DNA from: a virus
DNA length: 64,000 nt
Strand: one strand, 5' to 3'
Virus record (IMG/VR): IMGVR_UViG_3300027712_000018
The notes under the pieces were generated by a model. The model was not told the origin of the DNA. It worked only from the letters and a program-made list of their open reading frames with translations, and searched no databases. The position numbers and the translations under genes were made by a program. Positions 39,469 through 49,109 of the stretch are shown piece by piece (position 1 is the first letter of the stretch; the number at the start of each line of letters is the position of its first letter).

Positions 39469-39852
39469 TCATAGACCCAACAACTTCTTTTCTTCTTCCG
39501 ACAACTTCGACAAGGCTGCGGAACGAACGTCTCGCTTTCGTTGTTCTTCAAGTTTGTGCGCTTCAAGAAGGTCTAGAGTCCAACCCATTTCATCTAAGAC
39601 ATTGTCGTCTTCAAGAGAGAAGTTGTAAGCGACACGGAAACCGTCTTCGCCGTCTGGACGCAAGAGATTGAAACCCATCCAAGTCGCCGTTGCAACAGGA
39701 ACAACTTCGTAGCCGAAGTGGTGCGCCCGACTCAAAGCCCGCATGAGTTTACGTGGATATTCCTTGGTGAGTTGTACCACCATCTCTTCTTGCTCTGCGG
39801 CTTCACGAAGCAGACGCTCTGTTTTAGTTTCACGTGCCATATCACATTCCAT
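39469..39852 (-). CDS. hypothetical protein
   Basis: C-terminal ALSKLSEEEKKLLGL motif common in phage early proteins. Confidence 0.65.
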   Translation of the reverse strand: MECDMARETKTERLLREAAEQEEMVVQLTKEYPRKLMRALSRAHHFGYEVVPVATATWMGFNLLRPDGEDGFRVAYNFSLEDDNVLDEMGWTLDLLEAHKLEEQRKRDVRSAALSKLSEEEKKLLGL

Positions 39853-40024
39853 TTTCTTTGAGAAGTTTGCGATAAGTGGGATGCCACTTGATCACCTTTA
39901 GTTTGCGGTAGGGTAATGAAACATAGGCATCAGTCTTGCCTTCACGAGCAAGTGCGATGCGAATCGCTTGCTTCATCAAGTCCTGACGAAATCCAATATC
40001 AATCATATGACAGATGTCGCTCAT
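39842..40024 (-). CDS. hypothetical protein
   Basis: 60 aa; downstream of a promoter cassette. Confidence 0.55.
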   Translation of the reverse strand: MSDICHMIDIGFRQDLMKQAIRIALAREGKTDAYVSLPYRKLKVIKWHPTYRKLLKENGM

Positions 40025-40093
40025 TTGGTTCCCTTTCGTCCCCTACAGTCTCAATATAGTCATTTTCAAAAGAATGTCAAGCCGTATTTTCGA

Positions 40094-41497
40094 TTATTCG
40101 ATAAATTTTTCTAGACCAACCAATTCCTTCTCTACGGGATCTTCTTCGTAGTCGGTTGGATCGGCCGATTCAATTCTGGCTTCTGCAATCTTCATGTAGT
40201 TTGGATCAAGCTCGATACCGACAAACCTAAAGTTTTCTAAAACAGCGGCCTTGCCAGTCGATCCAGAACCCATGAATGGGTCTAAGACGATTCCGTTAGG
40301 AGGCGTCACCAATCGGCATAGGTATCGCATAAGGTCAGTAGGCTTGACGGTAGGGTGGAAATTCGTCGCCGTATTCCAACGACCATATGGGTTTCCAGTT
40401 TCCCCAGCATCAGCCTTGGACGTATGGTTAGGGCGAAACTCGGCGCCTGCCTTACGGTGTTCAGCCATGCCTTCCATTCCTTCATTACGATCTTTCTTGG
40501 AAGTCTTGGCGCAATAGAAGAAACGAGCGGCTGAACCACCATCATTGTAACCTTCCCACGGAACTCGACCATATTCACCGTAACAGTTGGCATTTTCGTC
40601 GCCAGTTTTGCTCTGTTCTTTGCCTGATACATTACCACCAGATTTTGCGTTTGGGAAAAGGGAAACGACTTCTTCGCTACCATCATGGATGAAGTTGGCA
40701 GGGAAACGCCCCAATGTTTCAGAACGAGCCGTTGATGCTAGGCTACGTTCTGCGGAAATAGCGACAGAATCTGTGTCTTGCATCCACGGGCGTTGCCATC
40801 CTTCATGCTTTCCAGACCTATCAACTTCGGCACTATTGTTTCCACCGCCAAGCTTCTCCCCCATATGAGGCACACGGCAATCATCAATATTGATACCACC
40901 AGTTCCATACTTCAATACATTAGCGGCAACAGTCTTTTCTTCTAACGGCTTTCTTGCAACAGTGATTGGTTCTAATGCGGGCTTTAGCGCAGTCCCCCAA
41001 CCTTCCCATTGTTTTGCTTCATCTGTGGCTGGAACGCTCACGCTTGGTTGATATTCTCGACCATTGTCTTTGATCCAAGAACCAGTGGCGTTTTGATCTG
41101 CACCGGGAATCATACGTTTTACTGCGTTACCAACTGGTGTGAGATTTCGTTCTGCACCAGCAGATTTATCAATCGCTTTGCTAACGTCCATCGACTTAGG
41201 AAACCCCGAACCATACACCCATGCAATCATATCACGAATTTCAAAACCCGCATCTTCGATACGAACCGCCATACGATGTTGAGTACGTGTTCCAGCAAAT
41301 GCTAACAGATACCCACCCGGTTTCAGAACCCGCAAGGCTTCCTCCCAAATCTCTTGAGAAGGAACATCATAGTCCCATTTCTTTCCCATGAAGGAAAGTC
41401 CATAAGGTGGATCAGTAACAATGCTATCAACACTGTTACTTTCCATGGTTTTCATAACGTCTAGGCAGTTGCCGTTGTGTAGGGTAAATGTTTTCAT
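40094..41497 (-). CDS. DNA amino-methyltransferase (N6-A/N4-C, beta class)
   Basis: N-terminal TDPPY, HPTVKP and C-terminal LDPFMGSGSTG. Confidence 0.93.
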   Translation of the reverse strand: MKTFTLHNGNCLDVMKTMESNSVDSIVTDPPYGLSFMGKKWDYDVPSQEIWEEALRVLKPGGYLLAFAGTRTQHRMAVRIEDAGFEIRDMIAWVYGSGFPKSMDVSKAIDKSAGAERNLTPVGNAVKRMIPGADQNATGSWIKDNGREYQPSVSVPATDEAKQWEGWGTALKPALEPITVARKPLEEKTVAANVLKYGTGGINIDDCRVPHMGEKLGGGNNSAEVDRSGKHEGWQRPWMQDTDSVAISAERSLASTARSETLGRFPANFIHDGSEEVVSLFPNAKSGGNVSGKEQSKTGDENANCYGEYGRVPWEGYNDGGSAARFFYCAKTSKKDRNEGMEGMAEHRKAGAEFRPNHTSKADAGETGNPYGRWNTATNFHPTVKPTDLMRYLCRLVTPPNGIVLDPFMGSGSTGKAAVLENFRFVGIELDPNYMKIAEARIESADPTDYEEDPVEKELVGLEKFIE

Positions 41498-41507
41498 GTC
41501 TTGGCCT

Positions 41508-42626
41508 TTATCTGATAATGTCGATTTTGTTCATGGTTTCTTCGGTCCAGATCTCTTGCTCGTGTCGAACCTTGCCTTCGGCGGTAAGAGTCTGATACCG
41601 ACTAGACGCCTTCCTTTGCCACCAAGCGATCATGCTCGCCAGATGATGCTTGTCATAGTTCTCTTTACTCTTGACGAGCTTCGAAGTTTGACCCAACAAC
41701 ACCTCACGGGTGTTCTCAAACCCATAGGTGGACATGTAGAAGCGCTTCTGTGTGGTGATGTCGGTGCTGACCTTGACCGCTGCCACAAACTGATCGTAGA
41801 GGGTCTTATCGTGTCTCTTGAGTTCCTGCTTGACGATGCTGACCATCTTCGTTTGCATCTTCAACTTTCTCGACGATTCGGTTCTTGCCACCAAAGGCTC
41901 GTCATCGTTTCTCTTCGTGAACCATAGATTCATTTCATTATAAAACTCATCTGACAGTGTCAACATGAACTTGCTCTCAGTGTCGCCTGTGTGACGAATG
42001 AATGGCTTTAGTCCATCGTATTGACTAGTCCCCTTGATGCTACCGTACAGTGACGTAGTCTCGAACAGGCACGTATCCATCTCAGGATACTTCTTGTTGA
42101 CCATCTCACGAACTTCGTGTGAACTACAGACCAAGGATAACAGTTTGCCGCCTAGGTAGTTAAACCCAAACGGTTGAGTCGGCACAATGATGTAACCCAT
42201 AATAGCATGACGGTTAAACACCTTCAGATCTGGCACGCCGCCAAGCCAGTCGTTTCTAGGTTTGGAATTGATCAGAGGCGATGCTAGTTTGATGAACCCA
42301 ACATAGGTGTTGGTGTTCTTCTCTTTGACGCCGAGCTTCAATTGCTTACCGGGACTGCTCTCGTAAGTGAACGAGGCAGTCATCTCAAGCATGGTGTCGA
42401 ACTGAGAATTGGCGACTTCGACGACCTCGAAGTCCATATCATTCGGAAGCATGTTGAAGTTGGAGAACATATCACCTTCGAACCCAAACCCAGCCAGAGT
42501 TGTGGGTAAGGATCTGATACGGTCTATCTTCTTCATACGAAAGTATTCTTCTATAGTTGAATACTTCTGCATGTAGTCAATGAACCTTGACGCTACGTAT
42601 GTAGTATCATCTTTACTGAGCTCCAT
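41508..42626 (-). CDS. conserved T4-like phage protein, DUF4338 (DruA-like)
   Basis: IVPTQPFGFNYLGGKLL, FETTSLYG and SQYDGLKP motifs; family recalled, not searched. Confidence 0.6.
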   Translation of the reverse strand: MELSKDDTTYVASRFIDYMQKYSTIEEYFRMKKIDRIRSLPTTLAGFGFEGDMFSNFNMLPNDMDFEVVEVANSQFDTMLEMTASFTYESSPGKQLKLGVKEKNTNTYVGFIKLASPLINSKPRNDWLGGVPDLKVFNRHAIMGYIIVPTQPFGFNYLGGKLLSLVCSSHEVREMVNKKYPEMDTCLFETTSLYGSIKGTSQYDGLKPFIRHTGDTESKFMLTLSDEFYNEMNLWFTKRNDDEPLVARTESSRKLKMQTKMVSIVKQELKRHDKTLYDQFVAAVKVSTDITTQKRFYMSTYGFENTREVLLGQTSKLVKSKENYDKHHLASMIAWWQRKASSRYQTLTAEGKVRHEQEIWTEETMNKIDIIR

Positions 42627-43221
42627 CCAATATCTCCTGTTTTTCTTTTACTTTTGTTCCCAACTCGACAAGCCAATTTTCAATCGCATTTTTAATCGCA
42701 TCTGCAAGTGACGACATTTGGACGTTTACAGTATCCACATTCTTAAAAATGAAAATCAACTTAGCATGTGGAATGATGGCGTCAATACCGTCTCCCGCAG
42801 CCTCCAAACATGGCTTAAGATCTTCCCAACTAATGATGGCCATCGCATCTTCTTGGCCGATCAAGTAGAAATCGGCAGGATTTTCGATATTGATACCTTT
42901 GTTGGACCCACGACTGTTTTTGATTCGAATGCGAGTAGTTTTGACTGGATTCCCACGTTCTGAAATCATGGAATAACTAGCAAACTTGAATTCTACTTTA
43001 AACCCACGCTTTTTATCAATGTGATCGTAACCGACTTGATCGACTGCCTCTAGACGATAGTTTGAAGCTATTTCGACCACTTTTTCCATCACATTACCCT
43101 TGATGGGCAAATAGATTCGTCCATTAAGCTCTTTCGCAACAGACTTAGCGCCTGCGCTATATATTTGCTCGTTAATCACATCATTCAAGATGTCTGCATA
43201 TGTAGCGGTATCCATTACCAT
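42613..43221 (-). CDS. putative PD-(D/E)xK restriction-endonuclease-like protein
   Basis: E...GYD-x8-EFK motif; start moved to ATG 43221 after AAGGAG. Confidence 0.5.
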   Translation of the reverse strand: MVMDTATYADILNDVINEQIYSAGAKSVAKELNGRIYLPIKGNVMEKVVEIASNYRLEAVDQVGYDHIDKKRGFKVEFKFASYSMISERGNPVKTTRIRIKNSRGSNKGINIENPADFYLIGQEDAMAIISWEDLKPCLEAAGDGIDAIIPHAKLIFIFKNVDTVNVQMSSLADAIKNAIENWLVELGTKVKEKQEILDGAQ

Positions 43222-43264
43222 TCTCCTTTGTTCATAACAATAATAGCATGTCAATTGACCGTTG

Positions 43265-43768
43265 TCAAGCGGCTTTTTGAAACCAAGACGGAATTTCCCG
43301 CTTGGTCCAAACCATCTTGAAACGGTCTTGCTTGGTCTGATAGAACTCACGGTAGGATCGTACAGGATCTTCGGGGTGAATACACTCAGGATTACTACCC
43401 ATGGCCAGAGCGAAGGCGGTACGGTAGTTGGTGGGGATGTTTGTGGGGTAGTTTGACACTACGTTGCGTAGTAGGGAGTCTGACTTGTGAACCTTACCGT
43501 AACGGTGCGTATACTCGTCACACAACGCTACAAAGTGTTGGTAGAGCCACCAGTAGTTGCCGGTGGTCTTACGTGCCCACACGGTACAGGGATGGTTGGC
43601 ATGACAGGTTCGATACAGGATGTCGGGTTGGCGAACCTTGTCACCGTCTAACAGACGATGGACAGCGCAAAGCATCTGAGCCGACTCGACGATCATCTTG
43701 ACGACATGCTTGTCACATTGCATCTTGGCCGCAAGAACGGGGTCTTCTGATAACACAAAAATGTTCAT
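43265..43768 (-). CDS. pyrimidine-dimer DNA glycosylase / DenV-like protein
   Basis: MNIFVL...DKHVVKMIVESAQML, H.NHPC..W, EY..RYGK.H. Confidence 0.85.
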   Translation of the reverse strand: MNIFVLSEDPVLAAKMQCDKHVVKMIVESAQMLCAVHRLLDGDKVRQPDILYRTCHANHPCTVWARKTTGNYWWLYQHFVALCDEYTHRYGKVHKSDSLLRNVVSNYPTNIPTNYRTAFALAMGSNPECIHPEDPVRSYREFYQTKQDRFKMVWTKREIPSWFQKAA

Positions 43769-43816
43769 GATGTATCCTTTGTCTACACTATCAATATAAA
43801 CATTTTTGAAAGAATG

Positions 43817-44491
43817 TCAAGCCTTATCTGCAAATAATTCCCATTTTCCTTCGATTGTTTCGACCAAAACCGTACAGTGTTCGACCCAATCGCCTGTGTT
43901 CATGTAGTAGTCGGTCATCTTGGGAATGTGAGTGTGACCGCATATGACGGCATCGTAACCGTTTAACTTACCATATTTTGATAACATTTTTTCAGTTCCC
44001 GTCACTCGAAGGTATCGGTAAGGGGTTTGGTTTAGTGCCTCGGCACGTTCGATCCACTTGATAGGAATGAGGTCGCCTATTCGTGCCAGAGAGTTGATTA
44101 GCTTCTTGGGGAACCTCATCCACATATCGAACTGATCCCCATGCGTGACGAGGATCCTACGACCGTCTACAGCATGATAAACGTGCTTGTTAGCTATGGT
44201 GCAGTTACCGAAGCTGAAGTTGTATTTGAAGAAAGGTCTTACGAAATCGTCATGATTTCCTGGAGCGTAGTAGACTTTAGATGACATACTCATCTCTAAG
44301 ATTTTTCGAATCACTTGCGTCTGTTTGTCGGTCCAGTATTGTTTGCGTTGCAGAGCCCATCCGTCAATGATATCCCCAACCAAAAACAGATTGTCACAAG
44401 TGTTAGAGTCAAGGAAACTCAGAAGCTTCTTACTCTTTGCATGTCTTGTGCCTAGATGTAGATCTGAAATGAAGATGCTTTTGTAATGCAT
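43817..44491 (-). CDS. metallophosphoesterase, UDP-2,3-diacylglucosamine hydrolase (LpxH)-like
   Basis: SDLHLG, LVGDIIDGW, GNHD, HGD, CGHTH, NTGDWVE. Confidence 0.85.
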   Translation of the reverse strand: MHYKSIFISDLHLGTRHAKSKKLLSFLDSNTCDNLFLVGDIIDGWALQRKQYWTDKQTQVIRKILEMSMSSKVYYAPGNHDDFVRPFFKYNFSFGNCTIANKHVYHAVDGRRILVTHGDQFDMWMRFPKKLINSLARIGDLIPIKWIERAEALNQTPYRYLRVTGTEKMLSKYGKLNGYDAVICGHTHIPKMTDYYMNTGDWVEHCTVLVETIEGKWELFADKA

Positions 44492-45160
44492 TTAGAACCC
44501 ATGAATTTCAGTATATTTCTTTCGCAAAGCAATAAAGTCGTGGATGTGGTCGTCTCGCTTCTCGACAAACTCTTGTGGTATACCGTCATCCGTCATCACC
44601 AAAGTCACTAGTTGACTGATAGGTTTACCTACCCGCTCCTCGAAGGCCACAGCGTAGAATGACTCTTGCATGAAGTAACTCTTGATCCACTCAGGCTTCT
44701 TGGCACGGCGAGAGGTCTTGAAGTCAATGATGGACAACTTACCCCGCCACTCCGCAACCAAGTCTACACGACCCGCCACTTGCATGAAGTGAGAATATAA
44801 AGGCGCTTCTTGATACCAGATGTTGTTTAGGTGTTTGTCGAGCAGAGGCTTGATCTGGTTGAACATCTCAACGTTGATCGGCATCTTCTTTCGAATGTAG
44901 TCGGGCTTGTTGTCGATATATTCCTCGGCAATCAAGTGTACCTCAGTGCCACGGTCTGTGGCCTGCGTGCTTATGCGCTGGGCTTCAGCTTCCCCTACCC
45001 GTGCCTTCCACACGTCTAGGCCAGTCTTATCCTGAATGGCCAAGACGGTGGTGACAGATGGATACTTGCCACCACCAGTTGGGTAATAGAATCGTCCTGT
45101 TGGTGTAGTCTCACAGTATAAATCGGGAAGTTGAATCCCGTGGCTCACATGGTTAAACAT
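44492..45160 (-). CDS. PD-(D/E)xK exonuclease
   Basis: YPSVTTVL, RGT.VH, AGRVD, IIDFKTS, YF.Q...YA. Confidence 0.88.
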   Translation of the reverse strand: MFNHVSHGIQLPDLYCETTPTGRFYYPTGGGKYPSVTTVLAIQDKTGLDVWKARVGEAEAQRISTQATDRGTEVHLIAEEYIDNKPDYIRKKMPINVEMFNQIKPLLDKHLNNIWYQEAPLYSHFMQVAGRVDLVAEWRGKLSIIDFKTSRRAKKPEWIKSYFMQESFYAVAFEERVGKPISQLVTLVMTDDGIPQEFVEKRDDHIHDFIALRKKYTEIHGF

Positions 45161-45921
45161 TACAATCCTAATTTGTCTCTAGCTATGATGTATGACTTCA
45201 CAAGGTCAGATCTTACTATATCATCAACAAAGAATTCTGTAAACTCAAATTCTTCCATTCCACGAATGATTCGAATGAAATCGGCGATACCCGATTGTTC
45301 GTTGAACCTTTTGTTGGTCAAGTCGTCTTGTTTGATGTCACCCGCAAAGATGATCTTGCAGTTCTGGCCAACACGTGTCATGACGGTATGGAGCTCACCA
45401 TCATTCATGTTCTGCATTTCATCAACAACAATGATACAGTTATCAAAAGTAACGCCACGAAGGAACGAGGTGGATCTGAACTCTATCATATTCTTTTGTT
45501 TTAGAATCGAATACGCATCGCCTCGACCAAACAACTTTTCACAGATAGGTGGATAAGGCTCTTCGTATACTGCCTCTTTCTGTCCACGAGTTCCTGGCAT
45601 GAATCCTTGGTCACGTGTCGATACCGTAGATCTGATGAGCCAAACTTTCTCATGATCGTTTCTTTTATCAAAAACGTCTTTGAGAGCGAAGTACAGAGCC
45701 ATGAAGGTCTTACCTGTACCAGCGATACCATGTAACATCACGTTATTGCCTGCGGCCCAAGACTCGAAAGCCTTGCGTTGGTTTTCTGTCATAGGCTGAA
45801 TATCGGCGGTGATGCCAAATCCTGCTGACAGTTTGTTACCATCTTCAAGTACACCGTCTTGTTTTAATACTCTCTTCTGTCTTTTTGAAATTCTGGACGA
45901 TCTTTGTTGTTGAAAAGCCAT
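45160..45921 (-). CDS. phoH: PhoH-like ATPase
   Basis: G.AGTGKT, SFLRGVTF, VDE.QN, TRVG, GD..Q.D, DIVRS.LV. Confidence 0.95.
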   Translation of the reverse strand: MAFQQQRSSRISKRQKRVLKQDGVLEDGNKLSAGFGITADIQPMTENQRKAFESWAAGNNVMLHGIAGTGKTFMALYFALKDVFDKRNDHEKVWLIRSTVSTRDQGFMPGTRGQKEAVYEEPYPPICEKLFGRGDAYSILKQKNMIEFRSTSFLRGVTFDNCIIVVDEMQNMNDGELHTVMTRVGQNCKIIFAGDIKQDDLTNKRFNEQSGIADFIRIIRGMEEFEFTEFFVDDIVRSDLVKSYIIARDKLGL

Positions 45922-45931
45922 ATTGTGCTCC

Positions 45932-46168
45932 TTAGTTGCGAGTCTCGATTGTACCGTGTGGGTGGGCGCTCTTGGCCTTCTTTAGGACATCATTGAATCC
46001 GTTATCTATTCGGCGGACTCCTAGACGTACTGAGTCGCCAAAGGCAACAACTGGTGGGACTTGCATGTATTTGGGATTTTGTTCTAGAAACGATTCTCTT
46101 TCTGCTAGTGATAAGACCTGAGTAGTTTCTTCTAATGTTTCTTTGTTTCGAAACGTATATGTTGGCAC
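45932..46168 (-). CDS. FmdB-like small regulatory protein
   Basis: GTG start after AAGGAG gives MPTYTFRNKET...; GFNDVLKK. Confidence 0.65.
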   Translation of the reverse strand: MPTYTFRNKETLEETTQVLSLAERESFLEQNPKYMQVPPVVAFGDSVRLGVRRIDNGFNDVLKKAKSAHPHGTIETRN

Positions 46169-46182
46169 ATCATGCTCCTTAT

Positions 46183-46213
46183 AAAAAAAGGGCAGCTGAT
46201 GAAGCTGCCCTTT
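46183..46213 (-). terminator. rho-independent terminator
   Basis: AGGGCAGC-loop-GCTGCCCT-TTTTTT on minus. Confidence 0.8.
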
Positions 46214-46233
46214 CACTTCTACCATCAAGGTAT

Positions 46234-46815
46234 TTATACAATCGTCTCGTAAATCTCTTTCCAACTTTTGACCTTGATGATGCCGTCATGATCGTAATCT
46301 TTGTTGTGTCCATGTTCGATCAAGACAGCGCACAAACCAAGTTTCAGACCAACCTCAGCGTTTTCGGGTTTATCTTCAACCCAAAAACAACCGCTACCAG
46401 CGTAGGGAAGAAGAGCTTCGTCCTTGTCAGCACCCGTATCCAAACAGATGATCTTTTCAAAGACAGTCTCACCAAACACGGCGTGAAGGTTTTTCTCCCG
46501 TAATTTTCCAGCGTAGGGGTCAAGACTCAAAGAAGTGATACAGTGGAAGACGAACCCGTGCTCCTCATGCAACATCCGAACGTATTTGATGGCGTCCCGA
46601 AACGGGGTTAACCAACCAATCGCAGCAGAATCGTTGAACTCGGCGATCAGTTCCCGAGCCCGAGCCTTCGTGATCCCCCAAGCTTTCCCTTGGTCATAGA
46701 CCGTGGGGTCAACCAGAGTGTGACCGTGACTAATCATCCATTCCCGAAAGGAGTATTCCCAATCAAGAAGAACACCGTCACAGTCAACAAGGATCACTTT
46801 TTCATGCAAATTCAT
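46234..46815 (-). CDS. HAD-family 5'(3')-deoxyribonucleotidase-like phosphatase
   Basis: LVDCDGVL, ITS, K and WVEDK motifs. Confidence 0.85.
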   Translation of the reverse strand: MNLHEKVILVDCDGVLLDWEYSFREWMISHGHTLVDPTVYDQGKAWGITKARARELIAEFNDSAAIGWLTPFRDAIKYVRMLHEEHGFVFHCITSLSLDPYAGKLREKNLHAVFGETVFEKIICLDTGADKDEALLPYAGSGCFWVEDKPENAEVGLKLGLCAVLIEHGHNKDYDHDGIIKVKSWKEIYETIV

Positions 46816-47202
46816 TTAGGCAGCTTTCAAGGTAAGTTCAACTTCTTCGAACAAGGGTTTCGTGTTGCTGGCGACGAACCAACCTTCGCCGTCCCACAAG
46901 TAGAGGTAGGGGACATGGGACACTTGGCCCTCTTCAGTCAGCTCAATCAAGTATTCCTCAACCGAGCCGAAGGTCATCGGTTTGTCTTTGTGAACCGCTT
47001 CCGCCAAGCTCTTAGTGTAGTCGATGTAGAGAGCGGAGAGGTAACCACCGTAGGCGACCGTATCGGCAGCGGTGGTGGTGTTGTAGCTTTCGGTCAAGGT
47101 CTGACCGTTGCCACCGACGATATAACCGTCATAGTGGCAGTAAGAGGCGACGACTTCGCCAGTGGTTTCGTTCCAAACGCCGATCAAAGATGCAGTACCC
47201 AT
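46816..47202 (-). CDS. conserved phage protein (YCHYDGY family)
   Basis: MGT.SLIG, YCHYDGY, YLYLW..EGW. Confidence 0.7.
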   Translation of the reverse strand: MGTASLIGVWNETTGEVVASYCHYDGYIVGGNGQTLTESYNTTTAADTVAYGGYLSALYIDYTKSLAEAVHKDKPMTFGSVEEYLIELTEEGQVSHVPYLYLWDGEGWFVASNTKPLFEEVELTLKAA

Positions 47203-47260
47203 GAGGATCTCCTTTTCCCTACACTACTAATATAGTCACTACGCCTAGGAATGTCAAGCC

Positions 47261-47455
47261 CTAATCGAAGAAATTTCCTTCGACCCAGCGAAATTGTGTC
47301 TCTTTATCGAGCACGTGAATGCTCATCCAAGCACCGGGTGGACCTTCCTCAGGCCAGACCAGCAACTTGTTTGCCTCGACCATCGCCTCGCCGACTGTAT
47401 CGGTCTCAGTGGTCAGAGTTTTACCGTAGGCGGTAAATTCATATATGGGCATCAC
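47261..47455 (-). CDS. hypothetical protein
   Basis: AAGGAG RBS. Confidence 0.55.
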   Translation of the reverse strand: MMPIYEFTAYGKTLTTETDTVGEAMVEANKLLVWPEEGPPGAWMSIHVLDKETQFRWVEGNFFD

Positions 47456-47462
47456 GTTCTCC

Positions 47463-47819
47463 TTAAGAACCAGTTACTAACGCCAAGGATCCATCCGACG
47501 ACTGTGTGAACCCTTCAATGTAAATGTGCCAGTCGCCTTCGACCGCCACCGCTTCTTTGATCACTTGTTCAGCTGCACGATAGAGTTCTGCAACCGAACC
47601 GTTTTTCGCAACCGCCCGATAGGTCACTTCAGGTGCCGTCTGCGACAAGAGTTGTTCGATAGTCGAACCTTTCGCATAGACAGTGTATTTGACAACCCAT
47701 TCGTAGTCATCAAGTACTTTGTCTTCCATGTGAAGGTCATCACCGATAGACCAACGGGAGACGTAACCTAGCTCGGACTGTTTCTCAATCCAATACGTAA
47801 TGTTCTGCATATCCATCAC
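47463..47819 (-). CDS. hypothetical protein
   Basis: 118 aa; C-terminal DWHIYIEGF. Confidence 0.6.
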   Translation of the reverse strand: MMDMQNITYWIEKQSELGYVSRWSIGDDLHMEDKVLDDYEWVVKYTVYAKGSTIEQLLSQTAPEVTYRAVAKNGSVAELYRAAEQVIKEAVAVEGDWHIYIEGFTQSSDGSLALVTGS

Positions 47820-47968
47820 ACTAACTCCTTCAACAGTTTTTCGAACTCGGCTTTCATACCGTAGGCGGCTTTGAGCGACCGCTCACGCTCAACGACATCT
47901 TCAATCAACATATAAGCGGCGATGTTCTTTTCACACGCAGCGATGTAACTCAGAAGTGCTTCTTTCAT
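47816..47968 (-). CDS. hypothetical protein (50 aa; not in the ORF track)
   Basis: Manual translation MKEALLSYIAACEKNIAAY...; first gene after a promoter cassette. Confidence 0.55.
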   Translation of the reverse strand: MKEALLSYIAACEKNIAAYMLIEDVVERERSLKAAYGMKAEFEKLLKELV

Positions 47969-48028
47969 GACGAACCCTTTCGTTCCCTACACTACTAATA
48001 TAGTCATTTTGAAAAGAATGTCAAGCCC

Positions 48029-48253
48029 CTATTTGAAGTAAACGTGAAGATATTTGTAGAGGCCAGCGTCACCCGCCAGAATTTCAGTGCCGTCGATCAG
48101 GAAGGTTTTGTTTCCTTCGACAACGGTCACCTGAATGTCTTTGCCATATTTGGTACGGGTTTCGGTGATGGTCCCAAGGAAGGGAACCCCATCATAGAAA
48201 CCTGTCACTTCGCAACCGACAGCGTTATAGAGAGCGTTCATAAACTCGTTCAT
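48029..48253 (-). CDS. hypothetical protein
   Basis: MNEFMNALY...; coupled to the upstream small ORF 48255-48386. Confidence 0.55.
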   Translation of the reverse strand: MNEFMNALYNAVGCEVTGFYDGVPFLGTITETRTKYGKDIQVTVVEGNKTFLIDGTEILAGDAGLYKYLHVYFK

Positions 48254-48453
48254 CTCAGGCCTCACAAACCATAAAGGACACCAGACGGGTCATGATGTAA
48301 TCATCTTCCGTCATCTCATCCACAGCGGCGAACAACGAAACTACAGCTTCGTTCATCCAGCCCATCATCATCTCAGCAGTAACCATCTCGACATCTCCTC
48401 TGTCTACACTATCAATATATACATTTTCAAAAGAATGTCAAGCCAGCAAATGC

Positions 48454-48479
48454 AAAAAAGTGAGCCGAAGCCCACTTTT
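48454..48479 (-). terminator. rho-independent terminator (UUCG loop)
   Basis: AGTGGGC-TTCG-GCTCACT-TTTTT on minus. Confidence 0.75.
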
Positions 48480-48664
48480 CTTAGAATAAAGGAGTGAACA
48501 TAGTAGCCATGACGTTCGAAGTACTATCGGACTGATCGTCAAAGAAGTCATCTCGCTTCTTGATCTTGTTTCGACGTTCTTCTCGAATCTGCGAGCGCTT
48601 GCGGTCAGAAGTGTCATCGTCACGATCACCCCAATCGTTGTCATACCATTGCTCTTCGTATGAC

Positions 48665-49108
48665 TTATTCTTCTTCGCCATTCTTTTCCTCGTTAGTGAT
48701 GATATTGCCAAAGGCTTCGTTGATCAACTTAATCGTAAGACCCTTGTATCCTTTTTGTGCAATCATGTCAACCAAAAGTTTGGCATCTTCACGGTGGACT
48801 GTCTCAAGAATTTGAATGAAAATCTGCTCCCGTTTTGTTTTGGTAAGATTTTCTCCGCCGAATCCATCGGCCAGATACTTGAGTTTGCGAGCTTCTTTGT
48901 AGAGAGCTCCATGGTTCTCTACCGCAGTTGAGGCGTTGAAGATTGGCGGGGTGCTGGGAACCAAGAACTTGACTTTCTTCTTGTCATACATAGCTACTAG
49001 AACCTCTCGTAGCGCTGTAGAGTCGTTATTCTTTAGGTATGTCACCTTTTCGTCACGTGTCTTCAACTCACACGTCTTGTTAATAATCTCTGAAATCATT
49101 TGTACCAT
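48665..49108 (-). CDS. conserved T4-like hypothetical protein next to RNase H
   Basis: L..EARKL.Y..GG, KREQIFIQ.LE..H..DA.LL. Confidence 0.75.
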   Translation of the reverse strand: MVQMISEIINKTCELKTRDEKVTYLKNNDSTALREVLVAMYDKKKVKFLVPSTPPIFNASTAVENHGALYKEARKLKYLADGFGGENLTKTKREQIFIQILETVHREDAKLLVDMIAQKGYKGLTIKLINEAFGNIITNEEKNGEEE

Positions 49109-49109
49109 G

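Noticed and set aside
44492-45160. Cas4 / CRISPR adaptation gene
   Set aside because: Lacks the Fe-S cysteine cluster; an ordinary T4-like PD-(D/E)xK exonuclease next to phoH.
37545-48445. Recurring ~45-bp repeats as a CRISPR array
   Set aside because: Spacing is hundreds to thousands of bases, the intervals contain genes, the repeats are promoter/RBS units and no cas genes are present.
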